IMG/VR virus record: IMGVR_UViG_3300048599_000811
Location: 1 to 32,781 of that record
Origin: a virus
Taxonomy: Duplodnaviria > Caudoviricetes
DNA: 32,781 nt
Reading direction: 5' to 3' (one strand)
Shown in pieces: positions 8,526 through 16,958 of the stretch (within the stretch, counting starts at the first letter, position 1; every line of letters begins with the position of its first letter). Under the pieces are notes generated by a model. That model was given only the letters and a program-made list of their open reading frames with translations. It did not search any database and was not told the origin of the DNA. The position numbers and the translations under genes were made by a program.

Positions 8526-9211
8526 TGGACATCAAGATAACAGGCATTGAGGAGCTAGACAAAAAGCTAAGGGAATTTGATGAACGCTTGCAAAAGCGAG
8601 TTATCAAAAATGCTTTAGTTCAAGCCGCCCAGCCTGTTTTGGATGATGCCATTTCAAAATGTCCAATTAAAACGGGTGCTTTAGTTGCTTCCATTAAACT
8701 CAAGGATTTGAAGAGAAACAAACGCCGATTTGGTTGCAAAGTGGAAATGTCCGCAGGTGATTTCAAGGGAAATGAATTTTATGGGTCGTTCCTTGAATAT
8801 GGTTATTTGCACAACAAACGAGGTTATCCAAATAGACCCAAGATTGAAGGCAAAGGATTTATGCGACGTGCTTGGGATTTGAATAAAGACAAGGCCAAAG
8901 AATTGTGTTTCAAATATATCAAAGAGAATTTAATGGTTGAAGTTGGGAAGTTGGAAGCCAAGCAAGCTAGAGCAGCAGCACGAATTGAAAGAGCCCAAAG
9001 GAAAGCGGAAAGAGAACAGAAAAAAATAGATATTGCAAAGCGTAAAGAAACGGCAGCTATCAAAAAAGAATTGCGGGACAAAGAAAAATCAGCGTGGAAA
9101 CAATTAAATAAAGATCAGAAGGACGCCGCAAAAGCCACACGCAAAGCGGAACGAGAAGCGGAACGAGCGGCGAAAAGGGCGGAACGAGCAGCAAAAAGAG
9201 GTGCCAAATGA
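8525..9211 (+). CDS. HK97 gp10-like tail completion protein with Lys/Arg/Ala/Glu-rich C-terminal extension
   Basis: Start taken as ATG 8525 (MDIKITGIEEL); P.KTG.L..SI, FYGSFLEYG, FMRRAWD motifs. Confidence 0.88.
   Translation: MDIKITGIEELDKKLREFDERLQKRVIKNALVQAAQPVLDDAISKCPIKTGALVASIKLKDLKRNKRRFGCKVEMSAGDFKGNEFYGSFLEYGYLHNKRGYPNRPKIEGKGFMRRAWDLNKDKAKELCFKYIKENLMVEVGKLEAKQARAAARIERAQRKAEREQKKIDIAKRKETAAIKKELRDKEKSAWKQLNKDQKDAAKATRKAEREAERAAKRAERAAKRGAK
9146..9200 (+). repeat. tandem coding repeats (AER/AERAAKR)
   Basis: GCGGAACGAG at 9146, 9158 and 9179. Confidence 0.8.
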
Positions 9212-9633
9212 GTGATATTTGCGAAGATGATTTTTATACATTGCTAAAGACAATCACAGATTTACCCTGTTATCCCGAGTCAAACGAGGATGACGTTTAC
9301 CCTTGCGTGACGTGGAGCGTCGTTAGCGACCAGGACGGTGCCCGAGGTATTGGCGGAACAAGTCAACAATACATTACACGAATTCAAATTGACGTAATCA
9401 GCAAAAAGCATATTGAAGCTATCACAAATGCAAATTTAATCAAAAAGGCTTTATCCGGTTATCGTGGTCGAGTTGGAGCAACATATTTTGTCATTCGCCA
9501 CGAGCAGGGATACACGAGAAAAGAAGTCAATAACAATGAATGGCTTTATTGCAAATCAAATGATTATTTCGTGAAGTGGTCAACGGTGCCACAATTGGAT
9601 TTCACAAAAGAATTTTCTAGCGAATTCGAGTAA
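9208..9633 (+). CDS. tail terminator (DUF3168 / gp17-like)
   Basis: YP.....YPCVTW..VS, RIQIDV, IKKALSGY; just before the tail tube gene. Confidence 0.82.
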   Translation: MSDICEDDFYTLLKTITDLPCYPESNEDDVYPCVTWSVVSDQDGARGIGGTSQQYITRIQIDVISKKHIEAITNANLIKKALSGYRGRVGATYFVIRHEQGYTRKEVNNNEWLYCKSNDYFVKWSTVPQLDFTKEFSSEFE

Positions 9634-9662
9634 ATATAGTAGTCCTTTTTTAATGGAGAATT

Positions 9663-10094
9663 ATGTCAGATACTTATACATTACCAGCATTTGGAGAAAG
9701 AACAACAATCAGCCTTGGTGGAACAGCTTTATCGACAGCCCAAGTCATTTCAATTGACACACCAGATCATAAACGCAAAAAAATTGCAACTGACGGGATG
9801 GGTTCAACTGTCAAAACAAATCGCAAATCGTACAAGGATGAACAAGGCGACATTAAGGTCAAGTGTTATTACAACGCAGCATTTGCCGCCACAGTCCGCA
9901 CCTTGTTTGACTCCCACACCGATAGTGCTTGCGTTATCAAGTTGTTTGACAACACCGACACCCAAATTGAAACACACACTTGGGCAAAAGCACAAGTTTT
10001 TGAATACAAAATTGACGGTGCCGAAGAAGACAAAAATATGACCATCGAAGTATCTATAATGGTTAATGATGTTGCTGTAGTCACTACAACTTAA
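9663..10094 (+). CDS. major tail tube protein
   Basis: Position between terminator and chaperone; beta-rich 143 aa; GGAG SD and upstream TAAATA. Confidence 0.75.
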   Translation: MSDTYTLPAFGERTTISLGGTALSTAQVISIDTPDHKRKKIATDGMGSTVKTNRKSYKDEQGDIKVKCYYNAAFAATVRTLFDSHTDSACVIKLFDNTDTQIETHTWAKAQVFEYKIDGAEEDKNMTIEVSIMVNDVAVVTTT

Positions 10095-10102
10095 GGAGAC
10101 CA

Positions 10103-10540
10103 ATGGCGTTAAGCAAAGAAGACATTAAAAAACTTGCTAGTTCAATAGGTGAAATAAAGCCCGTTGAATTAGCAAGCGGGACCGTTTATGTTCGTGGGAT
10201 GAACGGTTTTGGGCGAGACGTGTTTGAAAGAGAAATCGTCTATAACAAGCAAAATCACGGACGTGGTCTAATTGCTTGTCTCACCCTTTGTAATGAAAAA
10301 GGTGAATTCCAATATCTCTATCGAGAGAACAACAGGTGGACATATAACCCTGAAGATGTTGACATGTTGGAATCATTACCTTATCAGGAATTAGACTTGA
10401 TCGTTATGGCGGGTAGGGACATTTCCGAGTTAAGCCCTGAAGCCTTGGAAACATTAAAAAAAAATATCGACATAATACTTGGGAAATTTGGCTCGCAAAA
10501 CAAGCCAGACACTACCGATGTTCCAAAAGAGAATTCCTAG
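10103..10540 (+). CDS. tail assembly chaperone (gpG-like)
   Basis: GTVYVRGM.G..RD.FE, L....LCNEKGE; contains slippery A9 run in LKKN. Confidence 0.85.
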   Translation: MALSKEDIKKLASSIGEIKPVELASGTVYVRGMNGFGRDVFEREIVYNKQNHGRGLIACLTLCNEKGEFQYLYRENNRWTYNPEDVDMLESLPYQELDLIVMAGRDISELSPEALETLKKNIDIILGKFGSQNKPDTTDVPKENS

Positions 10541-10749
10541 ACCGCTTTGACTCTTCAGAGATTACAGACTTGATTGCGTTTGACTCGATTGACCCACTTC
10601 CCGATTTGTGGTTAATGCACGGGATGCAATGCTGTTTGCATTCCGCAAAAGAAAAGGCACCGCTTGACTATATGCCTTACCACGAAAAACATCAAAAACA
10701 AAGTCAAGCAACAATGCGTCAGATTCTTAGAGGGATGCCACATAAATAA
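10462..10749 (+). CDS. -1 frame extension of the tail chaperone (gpGT-like), not in ORF track
   Basis: -1 frame from A9 run (10456-10464) is open to TAA 10747-10749: KYRHNTWEIWLAKQARHYRCSKREFLDRFDSSEITDLIAFDSIDPLPD...RGMPHK; ends 3 nt before the tape measure ATG. Confidence 0.85.
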   Translation, partial: KYRHNTWEIWLAKQARHYRCSKREFLDRFDSSEITDLIAFDSIDPLPDLWLMHGMQCCLHSAKEKAPLDYMPYHEKHQKQSQATMRQILRGMPHK

Positions 10750-10752
10750 GTT

Positions 10753-13239
10753 ATGGCAATCATAGGCGCATTAGATATTATTTTCGGGGCAGACACCAAT
10801 CCTTGGACAAAAGGAAAAAATAAGGTCTCTAAAGACCTTCAATCCTTAAAGAAAGAAGCACAGATAGGAGATTTATTTTCCCAAATGTTTGCTTCAGGCG
10901 GTCAAGCCGTTGCAGGATTTGCAACGAAATTAGCGGGGCCAATTGCCGCATTCTTTACCCTTAAAAAAGTGGTATCCGAAGTCAATGGACAAATTGACAA
11001 GATTGCAGGAATGCAAAAACTTGGCGACAGAATAGGGATGACCGCTAATCAAGTTCAAACCTTGCAAATGGCATTCAAAAAGGCAGGTATGGAAGCGGAT
11101 GCCGTCCCAACGGCATTAGCCAGACTTCAAAAGAATATTTCCGAAGCCACACAAGGTGGCGAAATGGGTCAGACGTTCACGCAATTGAAATTGAACGCTC
11201 AACAACTTGCACAACTTCCACTTGATAAACAATTCCGAACAGTCATTGACACTATTTCCAAGATCCCAAATGAGACGGATAGAATACGTATTGCAATGGA
11301 GATTTTTGGACGTGAAGGTGGTGCCGCAATTGCCCGAGGTTTCAAAGAAGGTTCCAAAACATTGGATGATATGGCGAAGAAATTGGAAGGTTTAGGGCTC
11401 GCTATTTCGCCAGAAGTTGGTGCCAAGTTTGTTCAATACAAAAAATCCGCAAGTGAATTCGATTTGGCATTAGAAGGCATTTGGCGAAGCATAACGGCTG
11501 TTATTGCGTTGCCGATCGTGGAAAGACTGACAGATATAAATGTTGCATTCACTAAAGGTATTGCCACAAATAAAACTGTTATTGATGACTTTTCAACGCT
11601 TGGCACAATCTTGACCACTATTATGGAAAGCATTGTTTTATTGACTTCTGTTTTCACTGGTTTTTGTCAAGCAATAGGTGGAATGATTGGCGATGTGCTA
11701 GGCGACGTGGTTAATTTAGCAAACTGGTTTTTGAAGATCGGCGAAAGAACGTCAATATTTGGTGGTTATTTCAAAGAATGGCTAGCACCTGCCCACGAGT
11801 TTATGGATATTTTCGGCACGGAAATGAAAACAAAATCAAATGCAATGATTGACCGAGGAGAACGCAATTTAGGCGGCGGATTATTGCAAGATGTTTTCGA
11901 CGCTTCCGCCGAACGCAACAAAAAGAAGCCAGAAGAAAAGAAAGAACACAAGCCATTAGATATGGCAGCATTACAACCAAAAGAAGACCCGTTAAAGAAA
12001 CTCAAAGAACAGGTCGCAACATTTGGTCAGGTTGGACGGGCTACCGAGATATACGAATTGAGACAAAAGAAGGCTACAGAAGCCATTATTCAACAAGCCA
12101 TTGCCCTTGATAAACAATTGGCCGTTTTAGAAATACAAAAAGAAGTCTTTGAAAGCAATCCCGTCAATAAAGCAGAAAAAGAAAATGAACGTTATGCCAT
12201 TGCGGTGCGTGAAGGTTCCATAAGTATGGCTCAATATAATCGCCACTTGAAAGAACAGGTGGAAACTATAACAGGCATCACCGACCCACTGGACGAAGGT
12301 GCAAAGAAACTTTCGTATATTACACAAATGCAAAGGGACGGTTTCCCAGTTGGGGACGCCTACGCCAAAATACAAAAACAAATTGCAGATAGCATCTTGG
12401 GATTTGACAGCGATCCTATCAAAACGCTTGACGACAAATGGCAGTTGTTGACACGTGGCGTCAAAGAGCATAAGTGGACGCAAGACCAAGCAAATGAAGC
12501 CTATAATAAATTTCGCCATTCCATTATGGAATTTCCAGCTAGTCCAGCGGAACAAATGCAAAACTTCAGATCGGAATTGGCGAAGTTGAAGAAAGACCTT
12601 TCACCGGAAGAATACAATTTGGCATTAGCAGACAAGTTGACCAAATTTGGTGTTGTTAAATTGCCAGTTGATGAAATGAAGACATATAAAGGCGAATTGT
12701 CTAATCTGAATACATTGTTAAGAGACGGAACAATAAATCAACGTCAATACAATGCAAGCGTTGAAGACTTGCAGAAGAAACATTTCGGCATTGATAATTC
12801 CATTGGTTTGCAAATGGACACATTCCATCAAAAACTAGCACAGATTAACGCTATTCCTGGTTTAACTCCATTTGAGAAGACACAGGCGACTTTGAAAGTA
12901 TTGCCTGATTATCTGAAATCCGCTTTGGACTCTACAGAAACACCATTGGGTAAACTTGGTGATAGTCTAAATCAGTTGAAGCAATGGAAAGACGTTATGC
13001 CCAAAGACCTATACGACAAAGCCAGAAAGAACATGTTAGGTGCTTACGCCGATCAAAACAAGGTTCAATTTGGTGGAGCATTACAAGGACAAGCGGCACG
13101 TTCCGCCATTCTGAATTACAAGTTTGGGCAGCAAGACAAGGATGCGATTGCCAAGGATGCTTTGCAAGAGTCAAAGAAACACTCCGAATTGTTAAAAGAA
13201 TTAGTTGATAATCGAGTTAATCCGGCACCAGCATTTTAG
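10753..13239 (+). CDS. tape measure protein
   Basis: AIIGALDIIFGADT N-terminus, AMEIFGREG, long helical protein with C-terminal repeats; follows chaperones. Confidence 0.93.
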   Translation: MAIIGALDIIFGADTNPWTKGKNKVSKDLQSLKKEAQIGDLFSQMFASGGQAVAGFATKLAGPIAAFFTLKKVVSEVNGQIDKIAGMQKLGDRIGMTANQVQTLQMAFKKAGMEADAVPTALARLQKNISEATQGGEMGQTFTQLKLNAQQLAQLPLDKQFRTVIDTISKIPNETDRIRIAMEIFGREGGAAIARGFKEGSKTLDDMAKKLEGLGLAISPEVGAKFVQYKKSASEFDLALEGIWRSITAVIALPIVERLTDINVAFTKGIATNKTVIDDFSTLGTILTTIMESIVLLTSVFTGFCQAIGGMIGDVLGDVVNLANWFLKIGERTSIFGGYFKEWLAPAHEFMDIFGTEMKTKSNAMIDRGERNLGGGLLQDVFDASAERNKKKPEEKKEHKPLDMAALQPKEDPLKKLKEQVATFGQVGRATEIYELRQKKATEAIIQQAIALDKQLAVLEIQKEVFESNPVNKAEKENERYAIAVREGSISMAQYNRHLKEQVETITGITDPLDEGAKKLSYITQMQRDGFPVGDAYAKIQKQIADSILGFDSDPIKTLDDKWQLLTRGVKEHKWTQDQANEAYNKFRHSIMEFPASPAEQMQNFRSELAKLKKDLSPEEYNLALADKLTKFGVVKLPVDEMKTYKGELSNLNTLLRDGTINQRQYNASVEDLQKKHFGIDNSIGLQMDTFHQKLAQINAIPGLTPFEKTQATLKVLPDYLKSALDSTETPLGKLGDSLNQLKQWKDVMPKDLYDKARKNMLGAYADQNKVQFGGALQGQAARSAILNYKFGQQDKDAIAKDALQESKKHSELLKELVDNRVNPAPAF

Positions 13240-13263
13240 CGAGTGATTGCCATAAATAGAATT

Positions 13264-14118
13264 ATGGCAATCACATGGCTTGGAAAAAAAGAAGAACAAA
13301 GCGGCAAGTTTTCACTTCGCAGCAATAAAAACTCTCACACGTATTCAGAGACCTATTTCGGGGTGGATAACGCCGAAACAGAATACTCTCTTACGTCTTT
13401 AAAAAATCAATTCATAAATGCGTATGGGTTGCGGATGGGGACGCCTTACGAAGGCGATAGTTTAGCGGTCGTCACCGATTTGAATGTTGCACGCAAGGAG
13501 GAAGACGGACGCACAATTGAGGTGCAGGTCGAATACGGTCCCGGTGAAGAGTTCGACATACCTTGGAAACAAAGAGCGGTGCGGGCTTGGGGAAGTCAAG
13601 ATTTTGACGTGATTTGCGATAGGGATATACAAGGTAATTTGGTGCAAAATACGGCTGGGGATTGGTTTGACCCGCCACTTACACGGTCGGTTAAATATCC
13701 AGTTTTGACCATAACACAAAATGAAAGTTTGGCTTCATTTAATCCCGTGGTAATGGGATGTTATAACAACGCCGTCAATAGCAATAGAATGGAAGGATGC
13801 GAGCCAGAAACATTACGAGCCGTTATCACAGCACAGGAAACAAAGGACAGCACCTATGGATGGTTTTGGGCAGTCAATTATCAGTTTCTTTATAATCCAG
13901 AAAAATGGACACGCAAAGTTGTATCGGCTGGTTTTCGTGAATTGGGAGACGATGGAGTTTTGAGAAAAATCAAAATCAATAATTCTTTTGTGTCTTCACC
14001 TTGGCTATTGGATGCAAACGGCAAGGCATTACCAGCAGACGGAAGCGGCACCCCATATTGGCAAGAGTTTCACCTAGATCAGAAATTGCCATATATCTTC
14101 AATTTTAGGATTTGGTGA
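13264..14118 (+). CDS. distal tail / tail tip protein (putative)
   Basis: Directly after tape measure; start taken as ATG 13264; NTAGDWFDPP and PWLLD.NG motifs. Confidence 0.65.
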   Translation: MAITWLGKKEEQSGKFSLRSNKNSHTYSETYFGVDNAETEYSLTSLKNQFINAYGLRMGTPYEGDSLAVVTDLNVARKEEDGRTIEVQVEYGPGEEFDIPWKQRAVRAWGSQDFDVICDRDIQGNLVQNTAGDWFDPPLTRSVKYPVLTITQNESLASFNPVVMGCYNNAVNSNRMEGCEPETLRAVITAQETKDSTYGWFWAVNYQFLYNPEKWTRKVVSAGFRELGDDGVLRKIKINNSFVSSPWLLDANGKALPADGSGTPYWQEFHLDQKLPYIFNFRIW

Positions 14119-14119
14119 T

Positions 14120-14740
14120 ATGTCAGATTACGTACAATTTACAACAGATCAGGCAAAACGAATTGGGCAATCAACGGCTTATGTTGAAAAGTTAAGCCGT
14201 GGTAGTGAAAAACGAAATGGATTAGTTGATCCTACAGAAGACAATCAAGTATGGTTTGCACAATTGACCGAGGATTTGAAAGCAAAGAATAAAGCAAAGG
14301 CAACACTTTATATTATTGATGCCGACGACGCCGACAATGACCAGCCGTTGAAGTTAGCCACAGACACAGACTATTATTCCTTGGAAGTGTTCGCCCCGCC
14401 AACATGGGCAACGGGTGCAAGTATTTCCAAAAAGACGGATATTGTAATCACAAGTTGTTATGGAAGGTGGTGGTATTCTTCGCCGTCCAGTGGGTCGGCA
14501 TATTTTGTTTTGCAAGAGGCATTGAATTATCAGAAGACAGCAAAAGCATATATGCTTGGCAAACAGGCTTCAGACACAAACGACACTAAGCAATTAGCGG
14601 TTGTAGACACTACCAATTACACGATTTGGGCACCACAGTTTTGGACTTCTCAAGACAGCACACTTTCTAACGGCAAGACAATTGAAGCAACTTTAATTTG
14701 CGGTCGTTGGTATGCAACGGGGGCGGCTTGCGATGGGTAA
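14120..14740 (+). CDS. tail tip protein with internal duplication
   Basis: Two related halves each ending in C.GRW[WY]; position in the tail module. Confidence 0.6.
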   Translation: MSDYVQFTTDQAKRIGQSTAYVEKLSRGSEKRNGLVDPTEDNQVWFAQLTEDLKAKNKAKATLYIIDADDADNDQPLKLATDTDYYSLEVFAPPTWATGASISKKTDIVITSCYGRWWYSSPSSGSAYFVLQEALNYQKTAKAYMLGKQASDTNDTKQLAVVDTTNYTIWAPQFWTSQDSTLSNGKTIEATLICGRWYATGAACDG

Positions 14741-16595
14741 TTTTCAATTTGCACCTTATCAAAACGGCTGTTGCGGTTGTCTTGTCGCCAAGGATGATTT
14801 TTGGCGAAGTCATACCGTTGAAGAATTCAATAAAGCCTATAAAGATTATCCCGCTTGCACGCTAGAAGATAAGCCAATTACGGATAAATGGAAAATTATT
14901 TCGGGCGATTTGAAATATCATCCGACAGCCTTGACTAACTACAACGGCAAGTATTCCACGGGCGAAGGACGATTGACCACAGAAACAGGTGGTCAAATTG
15001 TGTGGTTGAAAGAGACAAAAGCACCTTGTCGCATTTTGTGGCACGTTTCAGGTATTCCCACAGATAAGCACCAGAACTATCGCATTTACTATGGATGCAA
15101 TTCAAAGGGAGAAGGTGGTGCTTATGGCAATTGGAATTTGCAAGCGGGTCAGACGTGGACTAATTACTATACGCAATTTGACGCCGATGGCAACGAATTG
15201 AAACACGATAACGGATATACGTTAAATCAAAATATGTCGTCTTTGAAAAGGGAACAATTCAATTTGAATGGCGGCAATCAATATGATTCTGATGGTAATG
15301 GATTGTCGCCTATCAAAGATTTGCAATTACAACTTGAATTGTATTATGACGATGACGGTCAATTGATGCTTCAGGGGATTAACGGTTCTTATCCTATGAC
15401 ACCTTATCCAATTGATGAGCCAGAAAACTTTTATGTTTCACTTTGGACGGACGGTCCTTGCACAACAACGGCAGACACCTATTATCCAGCCTATAACAAT
15501 TATGACAATTCCTATTCGGCTTCTTTCATTGTATTCGGGGTTGATACAGACATTAACAAGCCGAATTGCTTAGACCACATTTGCGATTGTGCTAATTCAT
15601 TACATGACCAAGAGGCAACTTGTTTTTCTTTGAAGATAGAAGGAATGCACGCAACGAAAGACGTAAAAGTGGACACAGGCGAAATCGACCAAAAGGTTAG
15701 CGGTTGTTGTGATAGAACAAAGTACTTGTATTATGGCGGGAATTGTTCGTGGGGTGCTGGCTATGGCAATTACGGAATGTATCGGCTTGATTGTGCCGCC
15801 AATGGTTTGACGATTTACAAAGAGAACGGCACCTATTATGCCCGAATTGATTTTTCCAGAATAGTTGAATACACGGTTGCAGGGTGGCATTATACGACGG
15901 TCTTTTCATACACAGCCGATTTAGGCGAAGAGAAGCCAGATTGCACAACACTATCAATCGGTCCAGAAGAATGGGAATTAACCTATTGTGTTGATCCTAA
16001 TTTGTATGACACGTCAGACATTGGAAGCACCTTTAATTGGCAAAAACTTGGTTGGACACCTGCAAGTTGTCAACTGACTTTAGAGCCATCCGAAGGTGGT
16101 TCACTATACATTACCGCCCCATGTTGTTCGACTTGTGGCACGGACGGCAAAAATTGGTGTGATAATTTGGTTGTGCAACTTGAAGGCTATTCCGCCCTTT
16201 GTTGCACTTATGACGGGGTTTCAGATTATGGACGCCGAAACACTTGGACTTACAAGGGAAGCGGCGGATCGGCAACAGTGGCTCTATCAGCAACGGGTGG
16301 GTGTTTACCTTCTACTGGCACGGACACAACAAGAGAAGGATTGATTGATACCACAAATCCCACACCAGTTGATCCTAATGCCCCTGTTAGCTCTGGTTGT
16401 TGCTTACGGGTGAGTTGCAGTTATCCGAATGATAAAACAAGTGTTTGGATGGCTACAGCAAATTTAGATACCGCCCCCGATTGCACGACACTAAACAAGA
16501 CGCTTGGAGGAAAGAAGTATCTTTATTACGGTCAATATCAAACAGCAGGCAGCAGCACCGATTGTTCAATCCGTGTTTATTGTTCAGGAGACTAA
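14733..16595 (+). CDS. cysteine-rich putative tail protein
   Basis: Start taken as ATG 14733 (MGNFQFAPYQNGCCGC); about 31 Cys by hand count with several CC pairs; repeated KYLYYG and PDCTTL. Confidence 0.65.
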   Translation: MGNFQFAPYQNGCCGCLVAKDDFWRSHTVEEFNKAYKDYPACTLEDKPITDKWKIISGDLKYHPTALTNYNGKYSTGEGRLTTETGGQIVWLKETKAPCRILWHVSGIPTDKHQNYRIYYGCNSKGEGGAYGNWNLQAGQTWTNYYTQFDADGNELKHDNGYTLNQNMSSLKREQFNLNGGNQYDSDGNGLSPIKDLQLQLELYYDDDGQLMLQGINGSYPMTPYPIDEPENFYVSLWTDGPCTTTADTYYPAYNNYDNSYSASFIVFGVDTDINKPNCLDHICDCANSLHDQEATCFSLKIEGMHATKDVKVDTGEIDQKVSGCCDRTKYLYYGGNCSWGAGYGNYGMYRLDCAANGLTIYKENGTYYARIDFSRIVEYTVAGWHYTTVFSYTADLGEEKPDCTTLSIGPEEWELTYCVDPNLYDTSDIGSTFNWQKLGWTPASCQLTLEPSEGGSLYITAPCCSTCGTDGKNWCDNLVVQLEGYSALCCTYDGVSDYGRRNTWTYKGSGGSATVALSATGGCLPSTGTDTTREGLIDTTNPTPVDPNAPVSSGCCLRVSCSYPNDKTSVWMATANLDTAPDCTTLNKTLGGKKYLYYGQYQTAGSSTDCSIRVYCSGD

Positions 16596-16927
16596 TGGAA
16601 AATTGCAAATTTGAAAAACAAGGAAAAAGATTTGTTTGTTCCGTTTGTGGCTATTCCACGTTAATCTCTGGCTTAATGCGTGGATGCGAGCCAGTGAAAC
16701 AAGAGGAAAAGACACCACAAGTCGAGAACACGCCACGAAAATATAATGTCAGTATTTCAATGGTTCGATCATTGATTGAACGCCAAGACTTTTTGGAAAG
16801 TCTTCCACCTGACTTGAAACTACAAGCACTTAACGCAAATAATAAGAGTTGTAATTGTAGCGGAAAAATAAGGCAATTCGCAATCGACGCCGTGAAGCAA
16901 ATCAAAGATTATCTTGCAAAGCCATAA
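16595..16927 (+). CDS. small Cys-motif (CxxC, CxC) protein
   Basis: Start taken as ATG 16595 (AGGAG SD, TAATG coupling); MENCKF...VCSVCG...RGC...SCNCSG. Confidence 0.7.
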   Translation: MENCKFEKQGKRFVCSVCGYSTLISGLMRGCEPVKQEEKTPQVENTPRKYNVSISMVRSLIERQDFLESLPPDLKLQALNANNKSCNCSGKIRQFAIDAVKQIKDYLAKP

Positions 16928-16958
16928 ATACTATTGACCTTATTTTGATAGGAGAAAA

